DNA of 64,000 bases from an uncultured delta proteobacterium (lineage in GTDB: Bacteria; Myxococcota_A; Polyangia; Polyangiales; Polyangiaceae). Shown piece after piece: positions 1 to 9,858 of the stretch. Location: NCBI GenBank assembly GCA_963782055.1, contig CAWAIF010000003.1:3296001-3360000 (forward strand), read 5' to 3'. Both the position numbers and the translations under genes were made by a program. How positions within the stretch are numbered: the stretch's first letter is position 1; every line of letters begins with the position of its first letter. The notes under the pieces were generated by a model. The model was given only the letters and a program-made list of their open reading frames with translations, was not told the origin of the DNA and did no database searches.

Positions 1-2
1 CG

Positions 3-974
<972 letters not shown>

Positions 975-991
975 TCGACGGAGAAGGACAC

Positions 992-2338
992 ATGGCACGC
1001 TGGGAGTTCAAGCTTCCCGACATCGGCGAGGGCGTCACCGAGGGCGAGATCGTCAGCTGGCTCGTCGCGGTGGGCGACGAGATCAAGGACGACCAGCCGA
1101 TGGTGGAGGTGATGACCGACAAGGCCACCGTGACCATCGCGGCGCCGCGCGCCGGCAGGGTGGTGGAGCTGGGCGGCAAGGTGGGCGAGGTCGTCGCGGT
1201 CCACTCGGTGCTCGTCGTCTTCGAGGTGGGCGGCGCGCCGGAGGGGAAGGAGGCCAACGGCCACGTCGGCGGCAACGGCTCCCCCAAGAAGGACGAGGGG
1301 CCCGCCGCCACCGCGGTGGGCGACATCCGCGAGACCTTGCCCGGCATGGGCGCGCGTCCGGCGCCGGCGGCGTCGGGCGCGGGGGCCGGCGCGGGCGGGG
1401 CGGTGGCGGGCTACTTCAACGAGAAGCCCCTCGCCACGCCCGCCACGCGCAAGACGGCGCGCGAGATGGGGGTGGACCTCAAGCGCGTCCCGCCGAGCGG
1501 ACCGCAGGGGAGGGTGACGCGCGACGACGTGGTGGCGTACTCGCGGGGCGGCGGCGCGGACGAGCGCCCCGTCGCAAGCACGCCGCACGCCCCGGCCGCG
1601 CCGGCTCAGGCGCCGGTGAGCATCGCCGCGGGTGAGATGGAGGAGCGCGTCCCCTTCGCCGGCATGCGCCGGAAGATCGCCACCAAGATGGCGCGGTCCG
1701 TCCACACCGCGGCGCACTTCACCTTCGTCGAGGAGTGCGACGTCACCGCGCTGATGGCGCTTCGCAAGCGCCTGCGCGCCGCGGCGGAGGCGCGTGGCGT
1801 GAAGCTGACCTACCTGCCCTTCATCGTGAAGGCGGTGGTCGCGGCGCTCAAGAAGCACCCGGTGCTCAACAGCGCCCTCGACGAGACGACCAGCGAGCTC
1901 GTCTACCGCAAGTACTACAACATCGGCATCGCCGCCTCGACCGACGCCGGGCTGATGGTGCCCGTCGTGAAGGCCGCCGACCGCCTCAGCCTCGTCGAGG
2001 TCGCGCGCGAGATCGAGCGCCTGGGCGCCGACGCCAAGAACGGCAAGGTCCGCCTGGAGGACCTCTCCGGCTCCACCTTCACCATCACCTCCCTCGGCGC
2101 CCAGGGCGGCCTGTTCGCCACGCCCATCATCAACTTCCCGGAGGTGGGCATCCTGGGCGTGCACCAGATCAAGGAGCGTCCGGTGGTCAAGGACGGCCAG
2201 ATCGCCATCGGCCGCGTGATGCTGCTCTCGCTCTCCTTCGACCACCGCATCGTCGACGGCCACATCGGCGCCGCCTTCGCCTACGACGTCATCCACTACC
2301 TCGAGGACCCGGACCGCCTCTTCTTGGAGATGGCCTGA
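992..2338 (+). CDS. Dihydrolipoamide acyltransferase E2
   Basis: ATG 992 after AAGGA; lipoyl domain (LPDIGEGVTEG...MTDKA), E3-binding segment (ATPATRK..REMGVDL), catalytic DHRIVDG. Confidence 0.93.
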   Translation: MARWEFKLPDIGEGVTEGEIVSWLVAVGDEIKDDQPMVEVMTDKATVTIAAPRAGRVVELGGKVGEVVAVHSVLVVFEVGGAPEGKEANGHVGGNGSPKKDEGPAATAVGDIRETLPGMGARPAPAASGAGAGAGGAVAGYFNEKPLATPATRKTAREMGVDLKRVPPSGPQGRVTRDDVVAYSRGGGADERPVASTPHAPAAPAQAPVSIAAGEMEERVPFAGMRRKIATKMARSVHTAAHFTFVEECDVTALMALRKRLRAAAEARGVKLTYLPFIVKAVVAALKKHPVLNSALDETTSELVYRKYYNIGIAASTDAGLMVPVVKAADRLSLVEVAREIERLGADAKNGKVRLEDLSGSTFTITSLGAQGGLFATPIINFPEVGILGVHQIKERPVVKDGQIAIGRVMLLSLSFDHRIVDGHIGAAFAYDVIHYLEDPDRLFLEMA

Positions 2339-2342
2339 TCCC

Positions 2343-3485
2343 TCACTGGCCGCACTGATCGGTGTAGGTCGGGCCGCACGGGGTGCTGCCCGCGCTGCTC
2401 GGCATCGCGCCCCCGAACTGCGCCGGCTCGGAGTCGAAGCCCAGACTCAGCGAGATGGCCGAGCACGGGGCGTTGGTGCCGTCGTTCTGCGGGTCGGCGG
2501 CGACATCGGCGGCCTTGCAGATCTCCGCCTTGAAGGTCTGGTAGGTCGCGTCGTTGCCGCAGAGGTACTGGCCCTGGTTGAGCGGATCGCCGAGCACCTG
2601 CATGCCGGTGAGCAGGTTGCGTGTGTCCCACCGCCCGGCGATGATCGCGTTCTTCAGCCCGAAGGACCCGTTCATCGGCACCACGTCCGCCGTGATGACC
2701 GCCGACCGGAGCTCCACGAAGGTGGCGGAGTACGACCCGCCGAGGGCGAGCGGGAAGTCCAGGGTGCCCACCAGGACCGAGCCGGCGACGTACGCGTTGT
2801 CGTCCAGGTACTTGGGCACGTAGGGGGGCGCCGTGCCGCCCACCAGCGACGTGGTGTCGACGATCCACTGGTCGGTGCCGTCGTGGTTGGGGATGGGGTC
2901 GACGCCGGCGTCGTCGATCGGCCCGGTGCCCCGGGAGACGTACATCGACAGCGAGACCGACGTATCGTTCGGCTTGCCGTTGTAGCGCTGGAGCCGGATG
3001 AGCATCCCGCTCTGGCCCGTCCCGAGGCGCTGGTTGATGGTGGAGTCGTCGAAGCCGGGCAGCAGCTTGGAGAAGGTCGACAGGAGCGCGCCGCCCGAGT
3101 TGTCCTCGCCGTCCACCCTGTCGCAGTGCTTGGGCGCGCCCTTCAGCGGGATGCACGACTCCGCCGCGGGGCAGGTGCACGTGCGGTCCAGGTCGTAGCT
3201 GGGGACGCCGCCGTCGGCGAAGCCGAAGCTCAGCGTGTCGACCGCGGTGACGAGATCGATGTCGCTGCCGCCGGGGTCGTCCGCCGAGGGCCGCGCCGGG
3301 GGCAGCCGGTGGGGGCAGGTGTCTGCGTCGGCGCCGGGCCCGGCGTCGGCGCCCTGGTCGTCGGAGGCGTCGGCCGCGACCAGCGGGCCGAGCAGCGAGC
3401 TGTCGTAGACCGCGCAGCTCACCCACACGAAGAGGGAGGCCACCACGGCGCTCGCAAGGATCAAGCGAAGAGGATGCCGCACCAC
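2343..3485 (-). CDS. Cys-rich secreted protein/lipoprotein, hypothetical (paralog of 3541..4707)
   Basis: Hydrophobic N-terminus ending in SCAVYDSSLL; many Cys; motif-for-motif similarity to the neighbouring gene. Confidence 0.75.
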   Translation of the reverse strand: MVRHPLRLILASAVVASLFVWVSCAVYDSSLLGPLVAADASDDQGADAGPGADADTCPHRLPPARPSADDPGGSDIDLVTAVDTLSFGFADGGVPSYDLDRTCTCPAAESCIPLKGAPKHCDRVDGEDNSGGALLSTFSKLLPGFDDSTINQRLGTGQSGMLIRLQRYNGKPNDTSVSLSMYVSRGTGPIDDAGVDPIPNHDGTDQWIVDTTSLVGGTAPPYVPKYLDDNAYVAGSVLVGTLDFPLALGGSYSATFVELRSAVITADVVPMNGSFGLKNAIIAGRWDTRNLLTGMQVLGDPLNQGQYLCGNDATYQTFKAEICKAADVAADPQNDGTNAPCSAISLSLGFDSEPAQFGGAMPSSAGSTPCGPTYTDQCGQ

Positions 3486-3540
3486 GCTCAGCCTAGCATG
3501 GCGCCCCCTGGGCCTTCGCCCGCCGGAGGCCGAAGGGAGG

Positions 3541-4707
3541 TCACTGGTTGCAGTCGTCGGTCCACTGCGGGCCGCAGGGCGTCCCGCTGTCCGGCTTGGC
3601 GAAGACCGAGCCGAAGGTCGCGGGCGTCGCCTTGAAGGAGAAGGCCATCGAGATGGCGTCGCACGGCGCGTTCTTGCCGTCGTCCTGCACGTTGCTGGTG
3701 ATGTCGGCGAAGCTGCAGATCTTGGGCTTGAGGGCCTGGTAGGTCGGGTCGGAGCCGCAGAGGTGCTGTCCGATCAGCAGCGGGTCGTTGAGCACCTGCA
3801 TGGTGGTGAGAAGCTTCTTGGTGGACCAGCGGCCCGCCATCACCCCGGTGGTGCGGAAGGAGCCCTGGTACGGCTCCAGCTTGGCCACCACCACCGACCC
3901 GGTGAGGTCCACCGTGACAAGACCCTCGCCGTTGGCCGCGCCGATGGAGAGGGGCACGTTGAGGTTGCCGACGAGGTAGTAGTTGGAGACGTACGCGTTG
4001 AGGTCGTAAGCCTGCTTCGGCACCGGCTCGCCGCCGTCCAGGATGGTGCCGCCCAGGAGCGAGTCCGGGTCCACGGTCCAGCGGTCGGTGCCGTCCCCCT
4101 TGGGCACCGAGGCGTCACCGTACTGCGCGCCCTCCGTCCCGTTGGAGGTGTAGACGGAGAGCTCCACCTTGGTGTCGTTGGCCTGGCCGTTGTACCCGCG
4201 CACCCGCATGAGCGCGCCGAACAGGCCCGCGGCCAGCTGCTGGTTGATGTAGCCCTGGTCGAAGAAGCTCGCCGACGAGAACTGCGCCACCAGCGAGGCG
4301 CCGGAGTTGTCGACCCCGCCCTCCTGATCGCAGTGCTTGGGCCCGGCGTCGCTCACTGGCTTGCACGACTCGGGCCCGGGGCAGGTGCAGATGCCGTCCA
4401 GGTCGAAGCCGAACGCGTTGGGCGCGCCGGCGTCGCCCGCGCCGAAGTCCAGGAAGCTCAGGGCGTTGTAGAACTCGATGTCGCCCGCGTCCGATGGGTC
4501 GTCGTGATCCGGCCGGGCGGGCCACTGGACGTGGCCGCAGGTGTCGCCGTCGCCCTGGGGGCCCGCGTCCTGCTGCGCGTCCGGCCCGCCGCCGTCGCCC
4601 GGCTCGAGGAGGGAGGCGTCGTAGACGCTGCACCCCTGCCAGCTCGCGAAGCCCAGCACGACCGTCACGCCGGCCGCGAAGAGCACGAGGGGGACGCGAT
4701 GACGCAC
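3541..4707 (-). CDS. Cys-rich secreted protein/lipoprotein, hypothetical (paralog of 2343..3485)
   Basis: Signal peptide then GCSVYDASLL; shares DLD..CTCP, KHCD, YNG..NDT.V, DGTD.W.VD, LCG.D.TYQ and TPCGP..TD.C with its neighbour. Confidence 0.75.
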   Translation of the reverse strand: MRHRVPLVLFAAGVTVVLGFASWQGCSVYDASLLEPGDGGGPDAQQDAGPQGDGDTCGHVQWPARPDHDDPSDAGDIEFYNALSFLDFGAGDAGAPNAFGFDLDGICTCPGPESCKPVSDAGPKHCDQEGGVDNSGASLVAQFSSASFFDQGYINQQLAAGLFGALMRVRGYNGQANDTKVELSVYTSNGTEGAQYGDASVPKGDGTDRWTVDPDSLLGGTILDGGEPVPKQAYDLNAYVSNYYLVGNLNVPLSIGAANGEGLVTVDLTGSVVVAKLEPYQGSFRTTGVMAGRWSTKKLLTTMQVLNDPLLIGQHLCGSDPTYQALKPKICSFADITSNVQDDGKNAPCDAISMAFSFKATPATFGSVFAKPDSGTPCGPQWTDDCNQ

Positions 4708-4801
4708 GACCGCAGTCTATCGTCATGTGGCGGAAGTGGCCACCTGTGCGCCGGCGCACGGCGTTGTTGACGGCCGGTGCGCGCCCCGGCAACCTAGTGG
4801 C

Positions 4802-5812
4802 ATGCGGGCGCGTGGGCTCTTCTGCGGGGCGGTGCTGGCGACAGCGGCTCTCTTCGTTCCTCACGTGGCGCGCGCCGACGGCGCGCCCAGCGCGGAGCGC
4901 ATCAAGTCCGCCGCGGCGGAGTACGACTCCGGCCGTCGCGCCTTCACCGACGGCAAGTTCGAGGAAGCGGCGATCCACTTCGAGAACGCGTACCACGACG
5001 CCCCGAACGCGCAGACCCTCCGCAACGCGATGCGCGCGCGCAAGCAGGCCGGACAGCTCGCGCGCGCCGCGACGCTCGCCCTGCTCGCCCAGTCCCGCTA
5101 CTCCGACGACGACGCCACCACGAAGGTGGTCAAGGAGATGCTCGCGGAGGCCAGGCCGAAGCTCTTCGAGCTCACCGTCAACTGCGACCCCGATTGCGGC
5201 GTCGCCGCCGACGGCCGCGCGGTGTCGCTGGAGGACGCGAAGAAGTTCGCCTTCTTCCTGCAGCCGGGCCCGCACAAGGTGGTGGTGAGCTGGGTGGGCG
5301 ACCGCTCCAAGGAGCTCGCCGTCAGCGCCAAGGAGGGCAAATCGCAGGACTTCACCCTCCAGGCGCCCCCTCTGCCGCCGAAGGTGGTCGCCGGCGGGGG
5401 CACTGGGGGTGCCACCGGCGGCACGACCACACCGCCCTCCACCAAGCCCTTCGGTCCCGCCGTCTTCTTCGTGAGCCTGGGCCTGACGGCCGTCGCCGGC
5501 GGCTTCCTGATCTGGTCGGGCGTCGATACCCTCAACAATCCTGGCACCGACGCGGTGCGTCAGGGTTGCGTCGGGCAAGGGGAGAGCTGCCCGCTCTACC
5601 AGCAGGGTCTGGACGAGCAGCTCCGGACCAACGTGCTCATCGCCGTCACCGCGGGCATGGGCGCCATCACCCTGGTGGTGGGAGCCTTCCTCACGCAGTG
5701 GTCCTCGCCCAAGGTCGAGCAAGGGGCGCCGCCCCCCGCCACAGCCAAGCTCCAGCCGACCTTCGCCCTGGGGCCGCACGGCGCCTCGCTCGGGCTGAGC
5801 GGCGCCTTCTGA
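4802..5812 (+). CDS. Exported TPR/PEGA-like membrane-anchored protein
   Basis: Signal peptide (..ARA), TPR-like helix pair (GRRAFTDGKFEEAAIHFENAY), beta-rich middle, two C-terminal hydrophobic segments, ends LSGAF. Confidence 0.65.
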   Translation: MRARGLFCGAVLATAALFVPHVARADGAPSAERIKSAAAEYDSGRRAFTDGKFEEAAIHFENAYHDAPNAQTLRNAMRARKQAGQLARAATLALLAQSRYSDDDATTKVVKEMLAEARPKLFELTVNCDPDCGVAADGRAVSLEDAKKFAFFLQPGPHKVVVSWVGDRSKELAVSAKEGKSQDFTLQAPPLPPKVVAGGGTGGATGGTTTPPSTKPFGPAVFFVSLGLTAVAGGFLIWSGVDTLNNPGTDAVRQGCVGQGESCPLYQQGLDEQLRTNVLIAVTAGMGAITLVVGAFLTQWSSPKVEQGAPPPATAKLQPTFALGPHGASLGLSGAF

Positions 5813-5917
5813 GCGGCCCCCCAAAAAGAGGCCGCCGCTTGCTCCCCTGCCCGCAACTTGCGGTAAGGTAGGGATAGGGCACGTCCAGGCGCGACCCTCA
5901 CGCGAAAGGTTGTCAGG

Positions 5918-7525
5918 CTGACCAAGTTCCTCTCCGCGACGACTGACTCGGAGCGGCACCTCGATCGTTTCGAGCTCATCGCCGAGCTCGCGAGCGGCGG
6001 CATGGCCACGGTGTACCTCGCGCGCCTGAGCGGCGTCGGCGGATTCCAGCGCTTCGTCGCCATCAAGCGCCTGCACCCGCACCTGGCGAACGACTCCGAG
6101 TTCATCCAGATGTTCCTCGACGAGGCGCGGCTCGCGGCGCGCCTCCATCACCCCAACGTGGTGCCCATCCTGGAGATCGGGCAGAGCCCCGAGGGCTACT
6201 ACCTGGTGATGGAGTACATCGAGGGCGACACGCTCGCGCGCATCCTCGCGCGCTCGGCGCAGTCGGGGAAGTTCCTGCCGCACAAGGTGGCGCTGCGCGT
6301 GTGCCTGGACGCCCTCGCCGGGCTGCACACCGCGCACGAGCTCACCGACGACGACGGCATGGCGCTCGCCATCGTCCACCGCGACGTCTCCCCGCAGAAC
6401 ATCCTCGTCGGCGTCGATGGCACGGCGCGCATCACCGACTTCGGCGTCGCGCGCGCCGCCACGCGCCTCTCGACGACCCGCACCGGCCAGCTCAAGGGCA
6501 AGCTCGCGTACATGGCGCCGGAGCAGGCGCGCGGCAAGGCGGTCGATCGCAGGGCCGATGTCTTCGCGATGGGGATCGTCACGTGGGAGTCGCTCGCGCA
6601 CAAGCGCCTGTTCAAGGGCGAGGGCGAGGCGGACACCCTCAACCGCGTGCTCTACGAGCCCATCCCGCGGCTGCGTCAGGCCAACCCCAACGTCTCGGTG
6701 GCGCTGGAAGAGGTCGTGATGAAGGCGCTCGAGCGCGAGCCGGATGCCCGCTGGCCGACGGCGGCGGACTTCGCCGACGCCCTGGAGCGCACCGCCCGGA
6801 CCGAGGGCATCCTCGGCGCCCCGAGAGACATCAAGGAGCACCTCAACGCCGTGCTCGGCACCGACATCTCGCAGCAGCGGGAGGCCGTGCGCGCGTGGCT
6901 CGCCCGCAGCGAGCCCAGCCAGCACGGTAACTTCGGCCTTCCGCCGCCGAGCACCCCCTCCACCACCAAGGTCGAGGGCCAGCGCGATGGGCGCTCCGGG
7001 GTGTCCAGCGTCTCCAGCGCCGTCATCGCGGTGCCTGGCAGCGCGCCCTCCATCAGCAGCGCCACCGCGCCCGCCGCGGAGATCGTCGTCCCCGAGAGGA
7101 AGAGGTCACGGGTGTGGGTGGGCGTCGCCGTCGCGCTCGTCGCCGCCGCGATCGCCGTCCCCCTCGCGCTGATGCGCTTCCGCGCGCCGCCGGCCGCCGC
7201 CGGTGCGACTCCTCCCGCGCAGTCCGCCGCCGTCGTCCCCCAGGAGCCGGTCGACACCGCGCCCGCGGCCACCACCGCCGCGCCCACCCCGACGGAGACC
7301 GCCAAGGCGCCCGAGAGCGGGAGCGCTTCCGCCACCGCCAAGGACACGACCGCCAAGCCCAAGGCGACGACACACCACGTCTGGCGCCCGCCCCACGGCG
7401 GCTCGCACGTCAAGCCCCCGCCCACCGCCACCGCGGCGCCCGCACACACCGCCACCGCGGCACCGACCACCACGGCCAAACCCGCGGGCACCGTCGACGA
7501 CATCTCCAAGAACCCGTATCGGTGA
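5918..7525 (+). CDS. Hanks-type Ser/Thr protein kinase with TM helix and Pro/Thr-rich tail (start uncertain; first ATG 6002)
   Basis: ELASGGMATVY, VAIK, HRDVSPQN, DFGVA, GKLAYMAPEQ, DVFAMG; TM segment VWVGVAVALVAAAIAV. The conserved sequence extends upstream of ATG 6002. Confidence 0.9.
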   Translation: MTKFLSATTDSERHLDRFELIAELASGGMATVYLARLSGVGGFQRFVAIKRLHPHLANDSEFIQMFLDEARLAARLHHPNVVPILEIGQSPEGYYLVMEYIEGDTLARILARSAQSGKFLPHKVALRVCLDALAGLHTAHELTDDDGMALAIVHRDVSPQNILVGVDGTARITDFGVARAATRLSTTRTGQLKGKLAYMAPEQARGKAVDRRADVFAMGIVTWESLAHKRLFKGEGEADTLNRVLYEPIPRLRQANPNVSVALEEVVMKALEREPDARWPTAADFADALERTARTEGILGAPRDIKEHLNAVLGTDISQQREAVRAWLARSEPSQHGNFGLPPPSTPSTTKVEGQRDGRSGVSSVSSAVIAVPGSAPSISSATAPAAEIVVPERKRSRVWVGVAVALVAAAIAVPLALMRFRAPPAAAGATPPAQSAAVVPQEPVDTAPAATTAAPTPTETAKAPESGSASATAKDTTAKPKATTHHVWRPPHGGSHVKPPPTATAAPAHTATAAPTTTAKPAGTVDDISKNPYR

Positions 7526-9600
7526 TGACCGCGGACAGTCAGCGCGCGCCCCTGCGCCGCGCCCGGGTGGCGAGGCGCTTCCTCGGGCCGCTCGCCCTCG
7601 GGCTGGCGCTCGCCGCCGCGCTCGCGCTCTCGTGCGCGAGCTCTCCCACGCAGGTCGATCCGCGCTTCGTCTCGCTGCACAACGCCTTCGCCGCGATGGG
7701 CCTCGCCCAGGTCGGCCCGGTGCAGCAGGGCAGCCTGGTGGAGGGGCGGGAGGCGCGCCTGCCGCTGCAGCTCACCGCCCAGTGCACCACCGTGGTGGCG
7801 ATGGGCGGCGCGGGCGTGCGCGATCTGGACGTCACCCTGGTGGACGCCTCCAACCACCCCGTGGCGCACGACACCACGCACGACGCGCAGGCGGTGGTCC
7901 GCGCCTGCGTGGACACGCCGGGCACCTACACGATGGTGGTCCGCATGGCCGCAGGCGCGGGGGACTTCCTCGCCGCCACGTGGGTGGGCGGCCTGGGCGG
8001 CACCGGCCCCACGCCGGCCGGCACCGCCGCCGCGCAGACCGCCGACGGCACGTGCGACGCGCCCATTCCCATCGGCGCCGGCAGCTACACCGGCAACACC
8101 TCGCACGGCGACAGCGAGTTCTCCTGCAAGGACCCCGAGTCCACCGGCAAGGAGCTCGTGTACCGCATCGACGTCGCCACGCAGAAGCGCATGACGATCG
8201 AGGTGCTCGCGCACTTCGACTCGGTGCTCTACATCCGGCAGAACGACTGCACGAGCGAGGACGCCGAGGTCAAGTGCAACGACGACGAGGCCGGCAACAA
8301 CAAGGCCTCCAAGGTGGACGTCGTCGTCGACCCGGGCACCTACTACGTGTTCGTCGACGGGTACAACGGCGAGTCGGGCACCTTCCGCATGAACGTGGCG
8401 CTCACCGACGTGCCGTCGGTCGCCGACGTGTGCCGGCAGGCGCACGTGCTGCCCCTCGGGATCACCGTCAACGGCACCACCACCAACGCCTACGACCACG
8501 TGCACGCGTCCTGCGGGGACGACGCCAAGGGCGCCGACATGCCCTTCCACTTCGACGTGGGGCAGCGCTCGCGCGTGCGCATGACCGAGCACTCCGACGA
8601 TTTCGCCCCCATCGTTCACGTGCGGCGCGTCTGCACCGACGACCAGACCGAGGTCGGGTGCTACGACACCACCTCCGCCACGCAGGACAACGAGGCCGCC
8701 TTCGTCGGGATCCTGGACCCCGGCGGCTACACCGTCTTCGCAGACTCCAGCGACGAGAACGCCGACGGTCGCTTCACCCTGACCAGCGAGGTCGCGCCGG
8801 AGACGGGCAGCGGCGCGCCGGGCGACGGCTGCAGCGACGCCGTGCCGCTCGCGCCGCACAGCACCACCGACGTCGACGGGGACACCTTCACCGCCCGCGA
8901 CGACATCGCCGGCAAGTGCAGCGGCGCCGGCGCGGCCGACGTGGTGTACCGCATCGACCTCCCCCGGCGCTCGCGGCTGGAGGTGCGCATGACGCGCGAG
9001 GAGGGGGGAGGGGCTTCCGGCGGGCATGTCTTCGTGCTCCAGCGCACGTGCGGGGACCGCGCGAGCGAGCTCGGGTGCGGCGCCTCCATCGACCAGCTCC
9101 TGCCCGCGGGCACCTACTTCCTCGCGGTGGACGGCGCGACAGCCGCCGGCCTGGGCAAGTTCTCCTTCGAGTACGACGTCGTCGACGTCTCCGCCCAGGA
9201 GAGCGCGTGCAAGACCGCGCCGCTGCTGTCCGACGGCCAGAAGGTGAGCGGCGACACCAGCGGCGCGGGCAATCGCTTCGCCACCTCGTGTGGCGGCGGG
9301 AGGGGGGCCTCCTCGCCGGACAGGCTCTACCGCATCGTCCTCCGGCACCGCGCCACCGTGCGCGTGACGCTCAGCACCCCCACCTGGGACGGCGTGCTCG
9401 CCATCCGGCGCAGCTGTCTGGAGCCGCCCGGCTCCAGCGGGCCGCACACCGCGGAGGCGGTCTGCAACAACGACGCGGAGGACGCGCACCACTCCCGGGC
9501 GACCGCCGTCCTGGACCCGGGCACGTACTACGTGCTGGTGGACGGCCACCGCGTCGGCAACAAGGGCCGCTACACGCTCGAGTACCACGTCCTGCGATGA
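7525..9600 (+). CDS. Cys-rich lipoprotein with tandem pre-peptidase-C-terminal (PPC)-like beta repeats
   Basis: ATG overlaps the kinase TGA; lipobox-like LALSC; repeated DPGTYYVFVDG / PAGTYFLAVDG / DPGTYYVLVDG and CNDD-type motifs. Confidence 0.7.
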   Translation: MTADSQRAPLRRARVARRFLGPLALGLALAAALALSCASSPTQVDPRFVSLHNAFAAMGLAQVGPVQQGSLVEGREARLPLQLTAQCTTVVAMGGAGVRDLDVTLVDASNHPVAHDTTHDAQAVVRACVDTPGTYTMVVRMAAGAGDFLAATWVGGLGGTGPTPAGTAAAQTADGTCDAPIPIGAGSYTGNTSHGDSEFSCKDPESTGKELVYRIDVATQKRMTIEVLAHFDSVLYIRQNDCTSEDAEVKCNDDEAGNNKASKVDVVVDPGTYYVFVDGYNGESGTFRMNVALTDVPSVADVCRQAHVLPLGITVNGTTTNAYDHVHASCGDDAKGADMPFHFDVGQRSRVRMTEHSDDFAPIVHVRRVCTDDQTEVGCYDTTSATQDNEAAFVGILDPGGYTVFADSSDENADGRFTLTSEVAPETGSGAPGDGCSDAVPLAPHSTTDVDGDTFTARDDIAGKCSGAGAADVVYRIDLPRRSRLEVRMTREEGGGASGGHVFVLQRTCGDRASELGCGASIDQLLPAGTYFLAVDGATAAGLGKFSFEYDVVDVSAQESACKTAPLLSDGQKVSGDTSGAGNRFATSCGGGRGASSPDRLYRIVLRHRATVRVTLSTPTWDGVLAIRRSCLEPPGSSGPHTAEAVCNNDAEDAHHSRATAVLDPGTYYVLVDGHRVGNKGRYTLEYHVLR

Positions 9601-9642
9601 CGCGTGCTCGCCCTCGAGCACGACGGACCGCCCGACGGCGGA

Positions 9643-9858
9643 TCACGCCATGCGGCGCGCGTACCGGTACGCCGTGAAGGCGGCGATGACGTGACAGATC
9701 CACCCGAGCGTGCCGCCGGAGCCGATCCACAGGCCGGGCGTCACGATGAGCCAGAACAGCCCGCGCAGGAAGGCGCCGTTGTAGAACTGGCCGACCCCCG
9801 GCACGAAGAAGGAAAGCACGGCCGCCAGGCCGGGATGCGATAGACGTCGATCCGCCAT
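9643..9858 (-). CDS. Small TM2-like membrane protein (71 aa)
   Basis: PGLAAVLSFFVPGVGQFYNG motif and two hydrophobic segments. Confidence 0.75.
   Translation of the reverse strand: MADRRLSHPGLAAVLSFFVPGVGQFYNGAFLRGLFWLIVTPGLWIGSGGTLGWICHVIAAFTAYRYARRMA

Noticed and set aside
3500..3540. Possible further degenerate copy of the 47-bp repeat (ccggaggccgaaggg)
   Set aside because: Match too short and GC-rich to separate from chance; may be a simple intergenic hairpin.
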